Source: an uncultured Gemmatimonadales bacterium
GTDB lineage: Bacteria; Gemmatimonadota; Gemmatimonadetes; Gemmatimonadales; GWC2-71-9
NCBI GenBank assembly: GCA_963821525.1
Contig: CAWGED010000019.1
Location: 704,001-768,000 of the forward strand
DNA length: 64,000 nucleotides
Direction of reading: 5' to 3'
Position numbers and translations under genes: made by a program
Shown: in pieces, positions 51,670 to 61,503 of the stretch
How the letters are laid out: every line of letters starts with the position of its first letter
Numbering within the stretch: the first letter of the stretch is position 1
Notes under the pieces: generated by a model
The model's input: only the letters and a program-made list of their open reading frames with translations
Told to the model about the DNA's origin: nothing
Databases searched by the model: none

Positions 51670-54306
51670 CTAGCGCTGGTTGAGCCTCATCAACTTCCAG
51701 GTCCCGCCGTCGGGGCGGAAGATGCCCTGATAGCGAATTCGCTGGGTCTCAGTCGGAAGCCCTGAATAAGTGAGTGCCAGCCGGAGCTGGAACTGCTCCT
51801 CGGCCGAGGTCGCTTCGATGGTTGGGGCCTGCGCGTCCTCGAGAACGGCCTCGAACTTCGTGATACTCTTTTCGTTGAGCAGCTTGCCCCAGTCGCTCTC
51901 CTCCGCAGGCGTCATTCCCGGATATGCCTGACGAAGTCGTGTCATGTCGCGGCTGTTGAGAGCCGCGACGAACGCGGCGATGCCCTTCCCCACCTGATCA
52001 ACCGCGCGGGCTTTCTCTGCCGCTGGATCCACCGGGGGCGGACCGGTTACCCGGATCTTCGCCGTAGTCGCCTTCCCCTCGCTCGTGGCGGAGATCGTTG
52101 CGGTCCCGGGACTGCGCGCGATGACCAGCCCGCCCGAGACCGTCGCTACGTTGGGATCGCTCGATTCCCAGGTCGTTTGCCGGTTGGCCAGCGCACCGCC
52201 CTTCGCGTCACGCGCGGCGGCGTTCAATCGGACGCTGTCTCCTACATTGAGATCACTCGGTGCACCGGTCAGGCCCAGCGAGGCAACCGGCACCGCGCTC
52301 ACGGTGATCGTGGCACTGGCCGACCTTCCCTCACTGCTCGCTGTCACCACCACGGTTCCCGGTCCCACCGCCAGGATTTGACCGTTGGGAAACACCGAAA
52401 CCGCTGATGAGCTGGATGTCCAGGTGATGGTGCGATCCTCGAGGCGCTTGCCGCTTCCGTCTCGCAGAACGGCGGAGAGCGCCATCGTGCTACCGACGGC
52501 GAGCGGAGCGGCGTCGGGGACGACCGACATCGCCGCAATCGGCTCGCGGGCCGGTGGCTGGGTCGCGGGAGGAACGACCTCGATCTTCGTCGTGGTGCTG
52601 CGTCCCTCCACAGTTGCGATGATTGTTGCCTGTCCCGGCCGCAGCGCCCGGAGAGTGCCGTTCTCGGTTACCCTGGCGACACCGGGTGCGGAGCTCGACC
52701 ACTCGATCCGCCGGTCGAGGAGCGGAGTACCATCTGCCGCTTCGGCCACCGCCGAGAGCTTCAGGCTCTCACCGACCTGGAACGAGGAACGGGACAGCGC
52801 CAGCGTCACCCGGTCCACCGCCTTGGGTGGAGACCCCGTGGTTACAGAATCCGTTGTGGGCGCGTTGACCGCGGCAGGCGGCGCCGGAGTCGGTGTCTCC
52901 GCCACGGTTGATTCCGCCGGTGCAACCGGCGGAGACATCGAGTCTTCCCTCTCCCCGTTGCGCCGCGCCACCGCGAAGGTCACCACTCCGGCGAGCACGA
53001 CCGCCGCCGCAATCCAGGGAACCCGGGACCGCCGGCGCGGAGCACGGCTCGGCAGGTGGACCGCCGGTGCCTGGACCGCCGCACGCGGTGGAGTTACCGG
53101 GGTGTCTCCCGCCACCGCCGGCTGGGCCATCCTCGGGTACTGAATTGTCTCGCCAAGCGAACCCGGGGCAACCGGTGTCTGCGAGTCTGCCAGAACTTCG
53201 CTCGGCACGGTGGTGCGTCCGGAACGACGGACCGCCGGCGCCGGACTGGTCGGCGTGCTGATCCGCCTGGTGAGCCCGGCGTTTTCACTGCTCAGCGCCA
53301 TCGAGATGAGCTGCTTCCGAGTCGGGTCGTCGTGCGGCAGCGGAGATGCCCCTATGGCAGCGACGGCGTCATCAATCGTAGGCCACCGCTTCTCGGGTTC
53401 CTTTTCCAGCATGCGCATCACGATTTCCGCGAGCCTTGGCGGGCAATCGGTACGCGAATCCAGGATCGGCTTGGGAGTCTCCTGGAACTGCGCGAACATC
53501 ACCGCCATCGCGGAGTCGGCGCTGAATGGCGGAAGGCCGGTCAACATCTCATACGCGACAATGCCGAGCGAGTACTGGTCCGATGCGCCGGTCACTTCCT
53601 TGCCCAGACACTGCTCCGGGCTCATGTAGGCCGGTGTGCCGACGGTTACGCCGGTCACCGTGAGACCGGTCGCGGAAGACACCTTGGCAATACCGAAATC
53701 CGTCACGACCACCCAGCCTTCGTCGTCGATCATGATGTTGGCCGGCTTCACGTCGCGATGAATCACCCCGCGGCGGTGAGCGTAACCCAGGGCACTGCCC
53801 GCCTGGGACAGGATGGTCTGGACCATCGGGATCGGGAGTCCGCCGGCGATCTTGAGGATGGGGTCCAGCGACTGCCCAGCGATGAACTTCATCGCGAAGA
53901 ACAGGAGCGGGTAGCGATCCCGCACCGCGTAGATCGGAATGATGTGCGGATGGTTGAGCGCGGCCGCCGTCCTGGCTTCGCGCCGGAAGCGCTCCGCCAT
54001 GCCCTCGTCCACGATGGCCGAGGACATCACTTTGATAGCCACCTTGCGATCGAGGGCGATATCGTGCGCCAGGTAGACCGTTGCCATACCGCCACGGCCC
54101 ACCTCTGTCAGAATCTCGTAGTCTCCCAAGGTCTCGGCCTTGAGTCGCTCGAGCAGCGCGTCCTGGATTGACTTGGGAATTACCGCGGACGAGGCGAAGC
54201 CAGTGCCCAACGCCCCCTGCGAGACGTCTATGCCACAGTGCTGACAGAACCGGGCATCCGGGGTTATTGGCCGGCCGCAGTTGCGGCAGGCGGCTTCCGT
54301 GGTCAT
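51670..54306 (-). CDS. Membrane Ser/Thr kinase: zinc ribbon, kinase, TM, three Big_2 Ig domains, NTF2-like C-terminus
   Basis: CRNC...CQHC; GRGGMATVY, HRDVKPANI, DFGIA, GTPAYMSPEQ; three W.SS.P.VA-type repeats. Confidence 0.92.
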   Translation of the reverse strand: MTTEAACRNCGRPITPDARFCQHCGIDVSQGALGTGFASSAVIPKSIQDALLERLKAETLGDYEILTEVGRGGMATVYLAHDIALDRKVAIKVMSSAIVDEGMAERFRREARTAAALNHPHIIPIYAVRDRYPLLFFAMKFIAGQSLDPILKIAGGLPIPMVQTILSQAGSALGYAHRRGVIHRDVKPANIMIDDEGWVVVTDFGIAKVSSATGLTVTGVTVGTPAYMSPEQCLGKEVTGASDQYSLGIVAYEMLTGLPPFSADSAMAVMFAQFQETPKPILDSRTDCPPRLAEIVMRMLEKEPEKRWPTIDDAVAAIGASPLPHDDPTRKQLISMALSSENAGLTRRISTPTSPAPAVRRSGRTTVPSEVLADSQTPVAPGSLGETIQYPRMAQPAVAGDTPVTPPRAAVQAPAVHLPSRAPRRRSRVPWIAAAVVLAGVVTFAVARRNGEREDSMSPPVAPAESTVAETPTPAPPAAVNAPTTDSVTTGSPPKAVDRVTLALSRSSFQVGESLKLSAVAEAADGTPLLDRRIEWSSSAPGVARVTENGTLRALRPGQATIIATVEGRSTTTKIEVVPPATQPPAREPIAAMSVVPDAAPLAVGSTMALSAVLRDGSGKRLEDRTITWTSSSSAVSVFPNGQILAVGPGTVVVTASSEGRSASATITVSAVPVASLGLTGAPSDLNVGDSVRLNAAARDAKGGALANRQTTWESSDPNVATVSGGLVIARSPGTATISATSEGKATTAKIRVTGPPPVDPAAEKARAVDQVGKGIAAFVAALNSRDMTRLRQAYPGMTPAEESDWGKLLNEKSITKFEAVLEDAQAPTIEATSAEEQFQLRLALTYSGLPTETQRIRYQGIFRPDGGTWKLMRLNQR

Positions 54307-54466
54307 GAGGTGATGACGGTCCGGCGCATACGGTCCTGCGATTCTTTCTGGGCTCAAAAAGGCACCGAATCGGTACCCTTTGATCAATCTACATAACGCC
54401 CCCCGAAACAGAACCCTCGGGGCTCGGCAACCTGAGCTAACTCTTTGACTGGCGAGGATCTCCACA

Positions 54467-54886
54467 ATGTTTCATACCCATTACCTCTGGTTCCAGACCA
54501 GGCAGCGCCAGGAGATCCTCGATATCACCGACGAGGTGGCCGAGCAGGTCGGGAAGAGCGGGGTAAAGGAAGGCATGGTCCTCGTCTCTGCCATGCATAT
54601 CAGCGCCTCGGTGTTCGTCAACGACCATGAGTCAGGACTGTGGCACGACATCCTGCATTGGCTGGAGAACACCGTGGCGCCGTGGGATCCCAAACGCTAC
54701 CGGCACAATGAGACGGGGGAGGACAATGCGGCCGCACACCTGAGGAGCCTGACGTTAGGGCACGAGGTGATCGTACCGATCACGGCCGGAAAACTCGACC
54801 TGGGACCCTGGCAGCGGGTGTTCTACGGCGAATGGGACGGTCAGCGGCGCAAACGGGTCATCATCAAGGTGTTGGGGGAGGCTTGA
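54467..54886 (+). CDS. YjbQ/UPF0047 family protein
   Basis: MHISASV, YRHN.TGEDNAAAH, LGPWQRVFYGEWDGQR. Confidence 0.93.
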   Translation: MFHTHYLWFQTRQRQEILDITDEVAEQVGKSGVKEGMVLVSAMHISASVFVNDHESGLWHDILHWLENTVAPWDPKRYRHNETGEDNAAAHLRSLTLGHEVIVPITAGKLDLGPWQRVFYGEWDGQRRKRVIIKVLGEA

Positions 54887-56750
54887 CCGCTTTCACGGTC
54901 AGCTTGGCCTTCACCTCGCTGTCTTTCACCGCGGCGGCGAGGGTCTGAACACCCGGCTTCTCTCCCAAAGTCCACTTGGTCGCCGCCACGCCATGCGCAT
55001 CGGTCACCACGCGCGCGGGACTGACCTTGCCACCCACTGGCAAGAAGGTGACGGTGCGATTCGCGATCGGATTTCCGTAGGTGTCCTTGAGGACCACCTT
55101 GAGCGGCTGGGGGAGCGATCGTCCTACCGAGCCCTGCGCGGGAGGACTGGTGAAGCCGAGACTCGCGGGGCTGCGGGGAAGGCCCTTGGCGGTGACGACC
55201 AGCTCCTTCTCGATTGGCGACGCGAGCACCGTGAGGCGCTGCGTCCCTGCGGCGCTGCCGAGGGTCCAGCGCCCATAGGCGATTCCGGCGGAATCGGTGG
55301 TGACGGTGCTGTCTCCCACGCTTCCCGATTCCGGCCGCAGCACGACTGGAGCGCTGGAGATCCGATTGCCGAACCGGTCAGAAACCCGAACCGCGATCGG
55401 CGCCTTGAGCGAGCTGCTTACTCCGCCGGACTGACCAGCACCACTTACCAGAGAAAGCGAGTAGGGACGGCCCGGCTCGGCCTTGCTCTTGATCGTAAGC
55501 GCGGGAATCTCGCGGGAGTCTCCGACCTGAACTCGAAGCCGCTGGCTCCCCGCCTTGGATCCCAGCTTCCATGTCGCACGAGCGTGACCGAGTGAGTCGG
55601 TTCGTTCGGCGATGGCGCCGGCTTTGCCGCCATCGAGCGCGAGCCAGTCTACCGGAATGTCGGCGAGTGGCGCACCAGTGGAATCGGTCACACTCACGAC
55701 CACCGGACTCGCGAGCGAGTCTCCCGCGGGGGCACCCCCCACCGGACTGGCAAGCACCAGACGGGTGTTGGCCGGAACCGGATCGGCTTCGGCGGTGACC
55801 GTGACGACACTGTCCAGGCCCGCGACTACCACGGTCAGTCGCTGCCGCCCGGGCCGGTCCGCCAGCGTCCAGGTGGACCGGGCTCGGCCTGCTGCGTCGG
55901 TCAGCGCCGTTTCTTCGGTCGAAGCCGGCTCGGCGGCGAATCGCACCGGAACGCCATCCATCGGACGCCCGCCCCGAGAGAGAACCTGTACTATCACCGG
56001 CTGCGCCAGAGCGCGGCCAGCCTGGGCGCGCTGCCCCTTCCCTGCTACAACCGTGACAGATGAGGCAACCGGCACCACGGCGATCTCGATTCGCGCCGAG
56101 ATACCCTGGACCCGGGCCTCGAGCATCGTGCGACCGGGGGTGACCCCGGTAATAGCACCGGCGCTGTCTATCCTGGCGATGCTGGAGTCACTGGCAGCCC
56201 ACTGTACCGGCCACCCCGCGAGCGCGTGACCACGTGCGTCGAGAGTCACGGCGGCCGCCGGGCGACGCTCGCCCTCGGGAACCCGGAAGCTGCTGTCGAA
56301 CTGGATCTGCACCGCCGCCACCACGGGACGCACGGCTACTCGGGCACGGGCAACTCTTTCGCCCGCCGCGGCGACGATCGTGGTGATCCCCTCTTTGAGC
56401 GCGACCACCGTCCCCGCGCTGTCCACACTCGCCACCGTCGGGTCATCGACGCTCCAGGACGGCGCGCCGGAAACGAGGGAGCCGTGATCGTCCTTGAGGG
56501 TCGCAGTGAGCTGAATCGTGTCGCCGATCGATCGCGCAGTGTCTGCCTGGGGCATGATCCCGACCCAAACCACGTTCCCATGAGTCGGCTTGGAAGGCTT
56601 CGTATCCTCGAGGATCCCCGTCGCTCGGGCGAAGGTCAGAATCGAAATCGTCGCCGCGCCAGCCGAGAGTGTCCCGGCTGCAACCTTGAGGGCGTGCATG
56701 GTGCCGCGCGTGAGCGGGTGAGACGCCAAGAAAGAGCGCGGGGTGGTCAT
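54864..56750 (-). CDS. Membrane-anchored multi-Ig-domain protein (Big_2 and Big_1/invasin-like repeats)
   Basis: N-terminal hydrophobic anchor; two W...D..A.VDS.G repeats; four TD..G.A...WTL repeats. Confidence 0.85.
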   Translation of the reverse strand: MTTPRSFLASHPLTRGTMHALKVAAGTLSAGAATISILTFARATGILEDTKPSKPTHGNVVWVGIMPQADTARSIGDTIQLTATLKDDHGSLVSGAPSWSVDDPTVASVDSAGTVVALKEGITTIVAAAGERVARARVAVRPVVAAVQIQFDSSFRVPEGERRPAAAVTLDARGHALAGWPVQWAASDSSIARIDSAGAITGVTPGRTMLEARVQGISARIEIAVVPVASSVTVVAGKGQRAQAGRALAQPVIVQVLSRGGRPMDGVPVRFAAEPASTEETALTDAAGRARSTWTLADRPGRQRLTVVVAGLDSVVTVTAEADPVPANTRLVLASPVGGAPAGDSLASPVVVSVTDSTGAPLADIPVDWLALDGGKAGAIAERTDSLGHARATWKLGSKAGSQRLRVQVGDSREIPALTIKSKAEPGRPYSLSLVSGAGQSGGVSSSLKAPIAVRVSDRFGNRISSAPVVLRPESGSVGDSTVTTDSAGIAYGRWTLGSAAGTQRLTVLASPIEKELVVTAKGLPRSPASLGFTSPPAQGSVGRSLPQPLKVVLKDTYGNPIANRTVTFLPVGGKVSPARVVTDAHGVAATKWTLGEKPGVQTLAAAVKDSEVKAKLTVKAVKPPPTP

Positions 56751-56757
56751 TGGTTTT

Positions 56758-56801
56758 CCCCTTGTCCGCCCCGTCCGTCTTGTCCGCCCCGTCCGACCGC
56801 T
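56758..56801. repeat. 9-mer tandem repeat (GCGGACAAG/ACGGACGGG on the minus strand)
   Basis: cccttgtccgccccgtccgtcttgtccgccccgtccgaccgc between two minus-strand genes. Confidence 0.7.
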
Positions 56802-56802
56802 T

Positions 56803-58072
56803 TCAGTTCGGCGCATGTACCCCGTTCCCCCCATAGTTCCGATCAGCCCCAAATGCCTGCGACTCCAACGGGAACGGTCGAGTGTTGTCCACCTTGGCCA
56901 GGAACTGCTTCACAGATCCGGGGAATGGCGACGGGCTCGCGTGACCGCCGAAGGGATCGGTGTACCAGACCTTGGGCCCCGCGGCGTTGTTGATGACCGT
57001 TTGATTGAAGTAGACCTCGCGAGTGAGCCCGTTGAGCTGGGAACGCGGATCGTCCCAGGTGACGTCCTGCACCTGACCGTTTGAAGTGGATGCGTCACAG
57101 GCTCCGCCATGAGCCTGATCGCCGTTGGAGTCCTTCTCATAACACGCCGCAAGCGAGCGGCCGGTCAGATCACTCCGATTTCCATCGAAGAACCGGCTCG
57201 GTGCAAACACCGCGAAGTGGGGATCGAAATAGGCGAGCTGAGTGCCATCCACTTTCCGGATGTAGTTGCCGCTGACCCAGTCCTCGTAGAGTCCCTGGCT
57301 GAACTGGGAGAACTGGCCGCTGGGAACCAGGATGAACTGGTCAACGCAGCTCCGGTCGGGGATGAACCGCACCCCGTTGCCCATCGGAGAATTCGCCGGG
57401 GTGGCGGCGCCGGCCTGGATGTGGGTGCTCTTGTCGCAGGAGCGGACGAACTCGCCGGGAGCGCCGAAAGCCACCATCAGGGTCGCGTGAATCTCGGTGC
57501 CGTCGTCGCAACGGACGTGGTATGCCAGCTCGTGAAGGTTGTTGGTGAAAGCATCCTTCGAGTGGGTGCCCTGGTGAACCTTGGTGAGGAAGTCACAGGT
57601 GACTCCCACATCCACCCGGCCGTTGCCCACGATTTTCTGCAGGTGGACTCCATTCTCCCACTCGATCTTGTGGCCGACATGGTCCTCGTGCCGCTGACCA
57701 CTCAGGATCCCACGTGTCGAGCGCCTCGTTGGCGACGCCAAAGGGGATCGGACCGGTGGTCGAGTAGAGATTGCTGCCGCTTGGGTCGCGGCCGTGTTCG
57801 TGGCCGAACCGGCAACCGGTTTGGGGATCGATCGGAGGATGCCAGGTTGGATACAGCTTGCCGTCGGGACCCACCACCGAATAGCGGTCGTGGATCTCCC
57901 TGGAGCAGGTGTCCCAGTGGCTTGGGGTCCACTGGCCGTAGGCGTGGCTTAACGCCGGAGTCGGGCCCAGCCCGGACGAGGAAGCGCTATCGGCGGTGCA
58001 GGCTCCCCAGAGCCCGCCCGCGATCAATGCGATCCCCAGCATGGCCCCGTAACGTGCCGTAGCGCCTGCCAT
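56803..58072 (-). CDS. Secreted His/Cys-rich hypothetical lipoprotein (frameshift near 57700)
   Basis: Lipobox-like WGAC; TWHPP...CRFGHEHGRDP; HEDHVGHKIEW; KVHQGTH; NNLHE. Confidence 0.75.
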
Positions 58073-58209
58073 TGGCACCTCGCGCCCCGCACCGCCCCAA
58101 CCGTGCCCTCCCCGCCCCACCCTCCTTGGGTAGGTGGACTATCTGCAGGACTCCTGCCGCCTACAAGGCGATAGAAATCATACAGATGAGAAGTTTGACA
58201 GCGGAAAAA

Positions 58210-59430
58210 TCAGGCGCTGGCGATCAGTCCCGGAGGGGGTCCGACAACCCGGTTTCGGCCCGCTTCTTTGGCGGCGAAAAGCCGGTTGTCGGCCGTGTCG
58301 AGCAGGTCTTCCGCGCTGGTACCGTCGGCCCCGTAAACCGCGATTCCGGCGCTGATGGTGAGGTGGAGAGCCTCGAGCCTGCGAGGCAGGAGAATGGGAA
58401 CTCCGGCTATTCTATTGCGAATCGCCTCGACGCGCTCGAAGGCAGCCGCCGGGTCCATGCCGGGGAACACCGCGACGAATTCCTCGCCACCGTAGCGGAC
58501 GATGAGATCGCTCTGGCGGATCGACTCGAGAATCGATCGGGCCACCATACGCAGAGCGACATCCCCCGCGGCATGCCCATAGGTGTCATTGAACCGCTTG
58601 AAGAAATCCACGTCGATCATCGCCATGGTGAGCGGCTGACCGTAGCGGCGAGCCCGGCTCAGCTCGATGATGACCCGCTCGTCGAAATAGCTCCGGTTGG
58701 GAAGCCCGGTAAGACGGTCGCTGCGGGAAAGCCTCCGCAGGCTCTGGGAGCGGAGGACGATCGCCGCGGCCAGAATCGAGGCCACGCCGAGGAGGATGAG
58801 ACGGGAGATCTGGGTGGACCAGTCGAACAGGCCGTAGGGGAACGGAGCGTAGCGCGGGTCGTTGAGGTCCCAGAGCGAAGTGGCGACGAGGACCAATGCC
58901 GTGTATTCGACGATCGCCAGGAGTCCCGCGGCGAGGGAGACTCGCGAGTCGTAGCGGAGACTGGTTGCCCCGATGGCGAGGAAATACACCTCGAAGGTGG
59001 GGCGGCTGTTGACGGTGGTGTGCGGCTCTCCCAGCAGGAGGAAGACTCCCAGCGCGGCACTGACGAACGTGACGTCCATCAGGCTGCTGGCAAAGCCCAG
59101 CCAGGGCCGGTAGAAACCGCGCCCCAGGACGTAGTACAGGATCGCCGCGAAGAGGAGAGCCGAAAGATTGGTCGAGATCCCGACCGCGGACTCGGCGACG
59201 TTGTTGCCGAACAGAATGCTGCTGAGCGGAATCGGAAGGAGCAGCAGGATCAACAGCAGACGCACCCGGGCGACGAGAAGCTCGCCTTGCGCGCCGGCGT
59301 CTACCTGGAGCGGATCGGGTGGAGAGAGAAGTCGCTTGAAGATCCCCGGTTCGGGCGGAGGCGGCGCCCCTGGCCCGGGAATGGCCATCGCACGCGAGGT
59401 CCGTCTCGTGTGGCGGTAAGGGGTGGTCAC
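58210..59430 (-). CDS. Membrane diguanylate cyclase (GGEEF)
   Basis: About six TMs; DRLTGLPNR, DVDFFKRFNDTYGHAAGD, RYGGEEF, RxxD I-site (RQSD). Confidence 0.95.
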   Translation of the reverse strand: MTTPYRHTRRTSRAMAIPGPGAPPPPEPGIFKRLLSPPDPLQVDAGAQGELLVARVRLLLILLLLPIPLSSILFGNNVAESAVGISTNLSALLFAAILYYVLGRGFYRPWLGFASSLMDVTFVSAALGVFLLLGEPHTTVNSRPTFEVYFLAIGATSLRYDSRVSLAAGLLAIVEYTALVLVATSLWDLNDPRYAPFPYGLFDWSTQISRLILLGVASILAAAIVLRSQSLRRLSRSDRLTGLPNRSYFDERVIIELSRARRYGQPLTMAMIDVDFFKRFNDTYGHAAGDVALRMVARSILESIRQSDLIVRYGGEEFVAVFPGMDPAAAFERVEAIRNRIAGVPILLPRRLEALHLTISAGIAVYGADGTSAEDLLDTADNRLFAAKEAGRNRVVGPPPGLIASA

Positions 59431-59458
59431 GAGGGTTGGTCATTGGCCGTCGCGCCTT

Positions 59459-59562
59459 GAGCCGTAAGCCATAGGCTGTAAGCTAAGCTATTAGCCGTTA
59501 GCTGTTAGCGCCTTGCCATCAGCCGTCAGAGCTTACGGCCTATGGCTTAAGGCTTACGGCTC
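59459..59562. repeat. Inverted short-tandem-repeat element I (unit GCCGTAA/GCTGTTA; same family as D)
   Basis: Perfect terminal IR gagccgtaagcc (59459-59470) / ggcttacggctc (59551-59562); inner 20-bp IR with one mismatch. Confidence 0.9.
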
Positions 59563-59570
59563 TTCCTCCA

Positions 59571-61238
59571 TTACATCCCCCGATATTTGGGCCCGCTCCC
59601 CCCCTCGCGCGGGGTCCAGCGCGGGCCCAGCACGTCAGTGGCTTTGCAGTCAACGCAGTTCGGCGCGTTGATCCGCAGCTCGTCTCCCGACCGCTCGTAG
59701 ACACCCGCGGGACATACGTGGGAGTAGAAGTCTGCCACCTCGGGCCGATGTCCGGTCCCACCAGAAGATGTGTGGGGATCGTATCTCGGGTCGCGTTTCC
59801 CGATTTGAAGACTGCGTCGACCTTGCTGAAGGTGAGGACATTGTCGGGGACAAAAGGCGGCTCGGCGGCTCGGCGGCTCGGCGGCTGGCGCGGCGCCTCG
59901 GCGTCCTCCGGCATAGCGATCCGGCCGCCGGGCAGCTTGCCGCCGGTCAGGGTCATCAATCCCGCCTTGACCCCGCCCAGGTAGAACCCGTCCTTGAAGG
60001 CCAGCCTCATGTTGCGGGTGCGGTAGAGGTCCCCGGAGATGAAGCTGCCGTCCACGGTGCGATCGTAGGCTGAAAGCGCCGCTGCGGAGGTGTCGCCCGA
60101 CTTGAGTGCCGCGAATGCGGCTCGAGCGGCATAGATCCCGGACTGCATGGCGTAGTGAATGCCCTTGAGAGACGGCACATCTACGAATCCCGCCGCGTCT
60201 CCTACGATCAGCACTCCGTTACCCGATCGCCGTTCCGGGAGCGCGTAGTATCCCCCCTCGGGAATCGTCTTCGCTCCCCACTCCACCAGTTGCCCACCTT
60301 CGAAGTAGGGCTTGAAGAGCGGATGCAGCTTGAGCCGCTGCACGAGAACGTGGATGTCGAGATCCGCCTGATGATAGTCGAGCCCGACGACCATGCCCAC
60401 CACGATCATCCCCGGCCCCATCGGATACATGAAGCTGCCGCCGAACGCATCGGTTGGAAGCGGCCAACCGAGAGTGTGGATGACGCGGTCGAGCGGGCGC
60501 TTGGTCTCCCAGAGTTCTTTCACTCCGAGCGCGAAGATCTGGGGGTTGAGCGATTGAATGTCTTGCCACTGCTGGTAGGCCTGGGAGAGCGTGCCCCGAG
60601 TACCCTCCGAGAGCACCGTGATTTTCGCCGAAAGGTCGGTGGGTTCCTGATAAGAACTTCCCGGCTCGCCGTCACGGTCGAGACCGGAGGGCGTGGTGCG
60701 CACTCCTTTGACCGTCCGGCTCATCGACCAGGAGGGCGCCGGCGGGGAAGCCGGTGAAGACATTCACCCCCAATTCTTCGGCCTTCGCCCCGAGCCAGCG
60801 GACAATTTCACACAGGGACGCCGTGTAGAACCCGTGATTGTACATCGTGGGTGGCGTCGGGATCCGGACAGCCTTCCCCGCGGTGAGCAGGAGAACCGAT
60901 TCCTGACTCACCGGATCCTTGAACGGGAAATCGCTGTCGGATAGCTCCGGGAACAGCTCGCGAAAGGCACGCGGGTTGACCACCGCACCAGACAAACTGT
61001 GCTCGCCCAAGGCACCAGCCTTTTCGAGCACACCAATGTTGAGGTCGGGAAGTCCCCCACCCTGCTCCTGGTCCTTCCTGGCGAGCCGAGCCAGCTCGAT
61101 CGCGCCGGCCAGACCCGCGGGCCCCGCCCCGACGAACAGCACATCCATCTCGATCGCCTCGGCGCTCGGCGGCTGATCGAGAATCAATTGGTCCAGAGGT
61201 AGGCCGAGTTGGTGTCGCTTGGGGAGGATCGGCGTCAC
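59571..61238 (-). CDS. Electron transfer flavoprotein-ubiquinone oxidoreductase (frameshifts near 60715 and 59740)
   Basis: [40 protein letters not shown]-terminal CPAGVY...NCVDCKA. Confidence 0.93.
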
Positions 61239-61294
61239 GTGCTGGGTGGTCCGGAGGTTGGGGGTTGAGGGTGAGAGAATATAGCCGGAACTAG

Positions 61295-61486
61295 AATGGC
61301 GGAATGGTGAATGGCGGAATGGGCGGAATGGTGAATGACTGGTCCGGAGGGGCCAGGAGCGCCATCAGCGACCGACTGTCAGACGGATGCCGTCAGCCAG
61401 GAGCTGTCGCCTGCCAGCGGATCCTTCACCGTTCGCATTCCGCCATTCCGCCATTCCGCCATTCCGCCATTCACCATTCCGCCATT
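61295..61486. repeat. Inverted short-tandem-repeat element J (units GAATGGCG/GAATGGT)
   Basis: 28-bp perfect inverted repeat 61295-61322 / 61459-61486 built of aatggcgg units; about 100 nt unique spacer. Confidence 0.92.
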
Positions 61487-61503
61487 GTTAGATTCCCGCC
61501 ACC

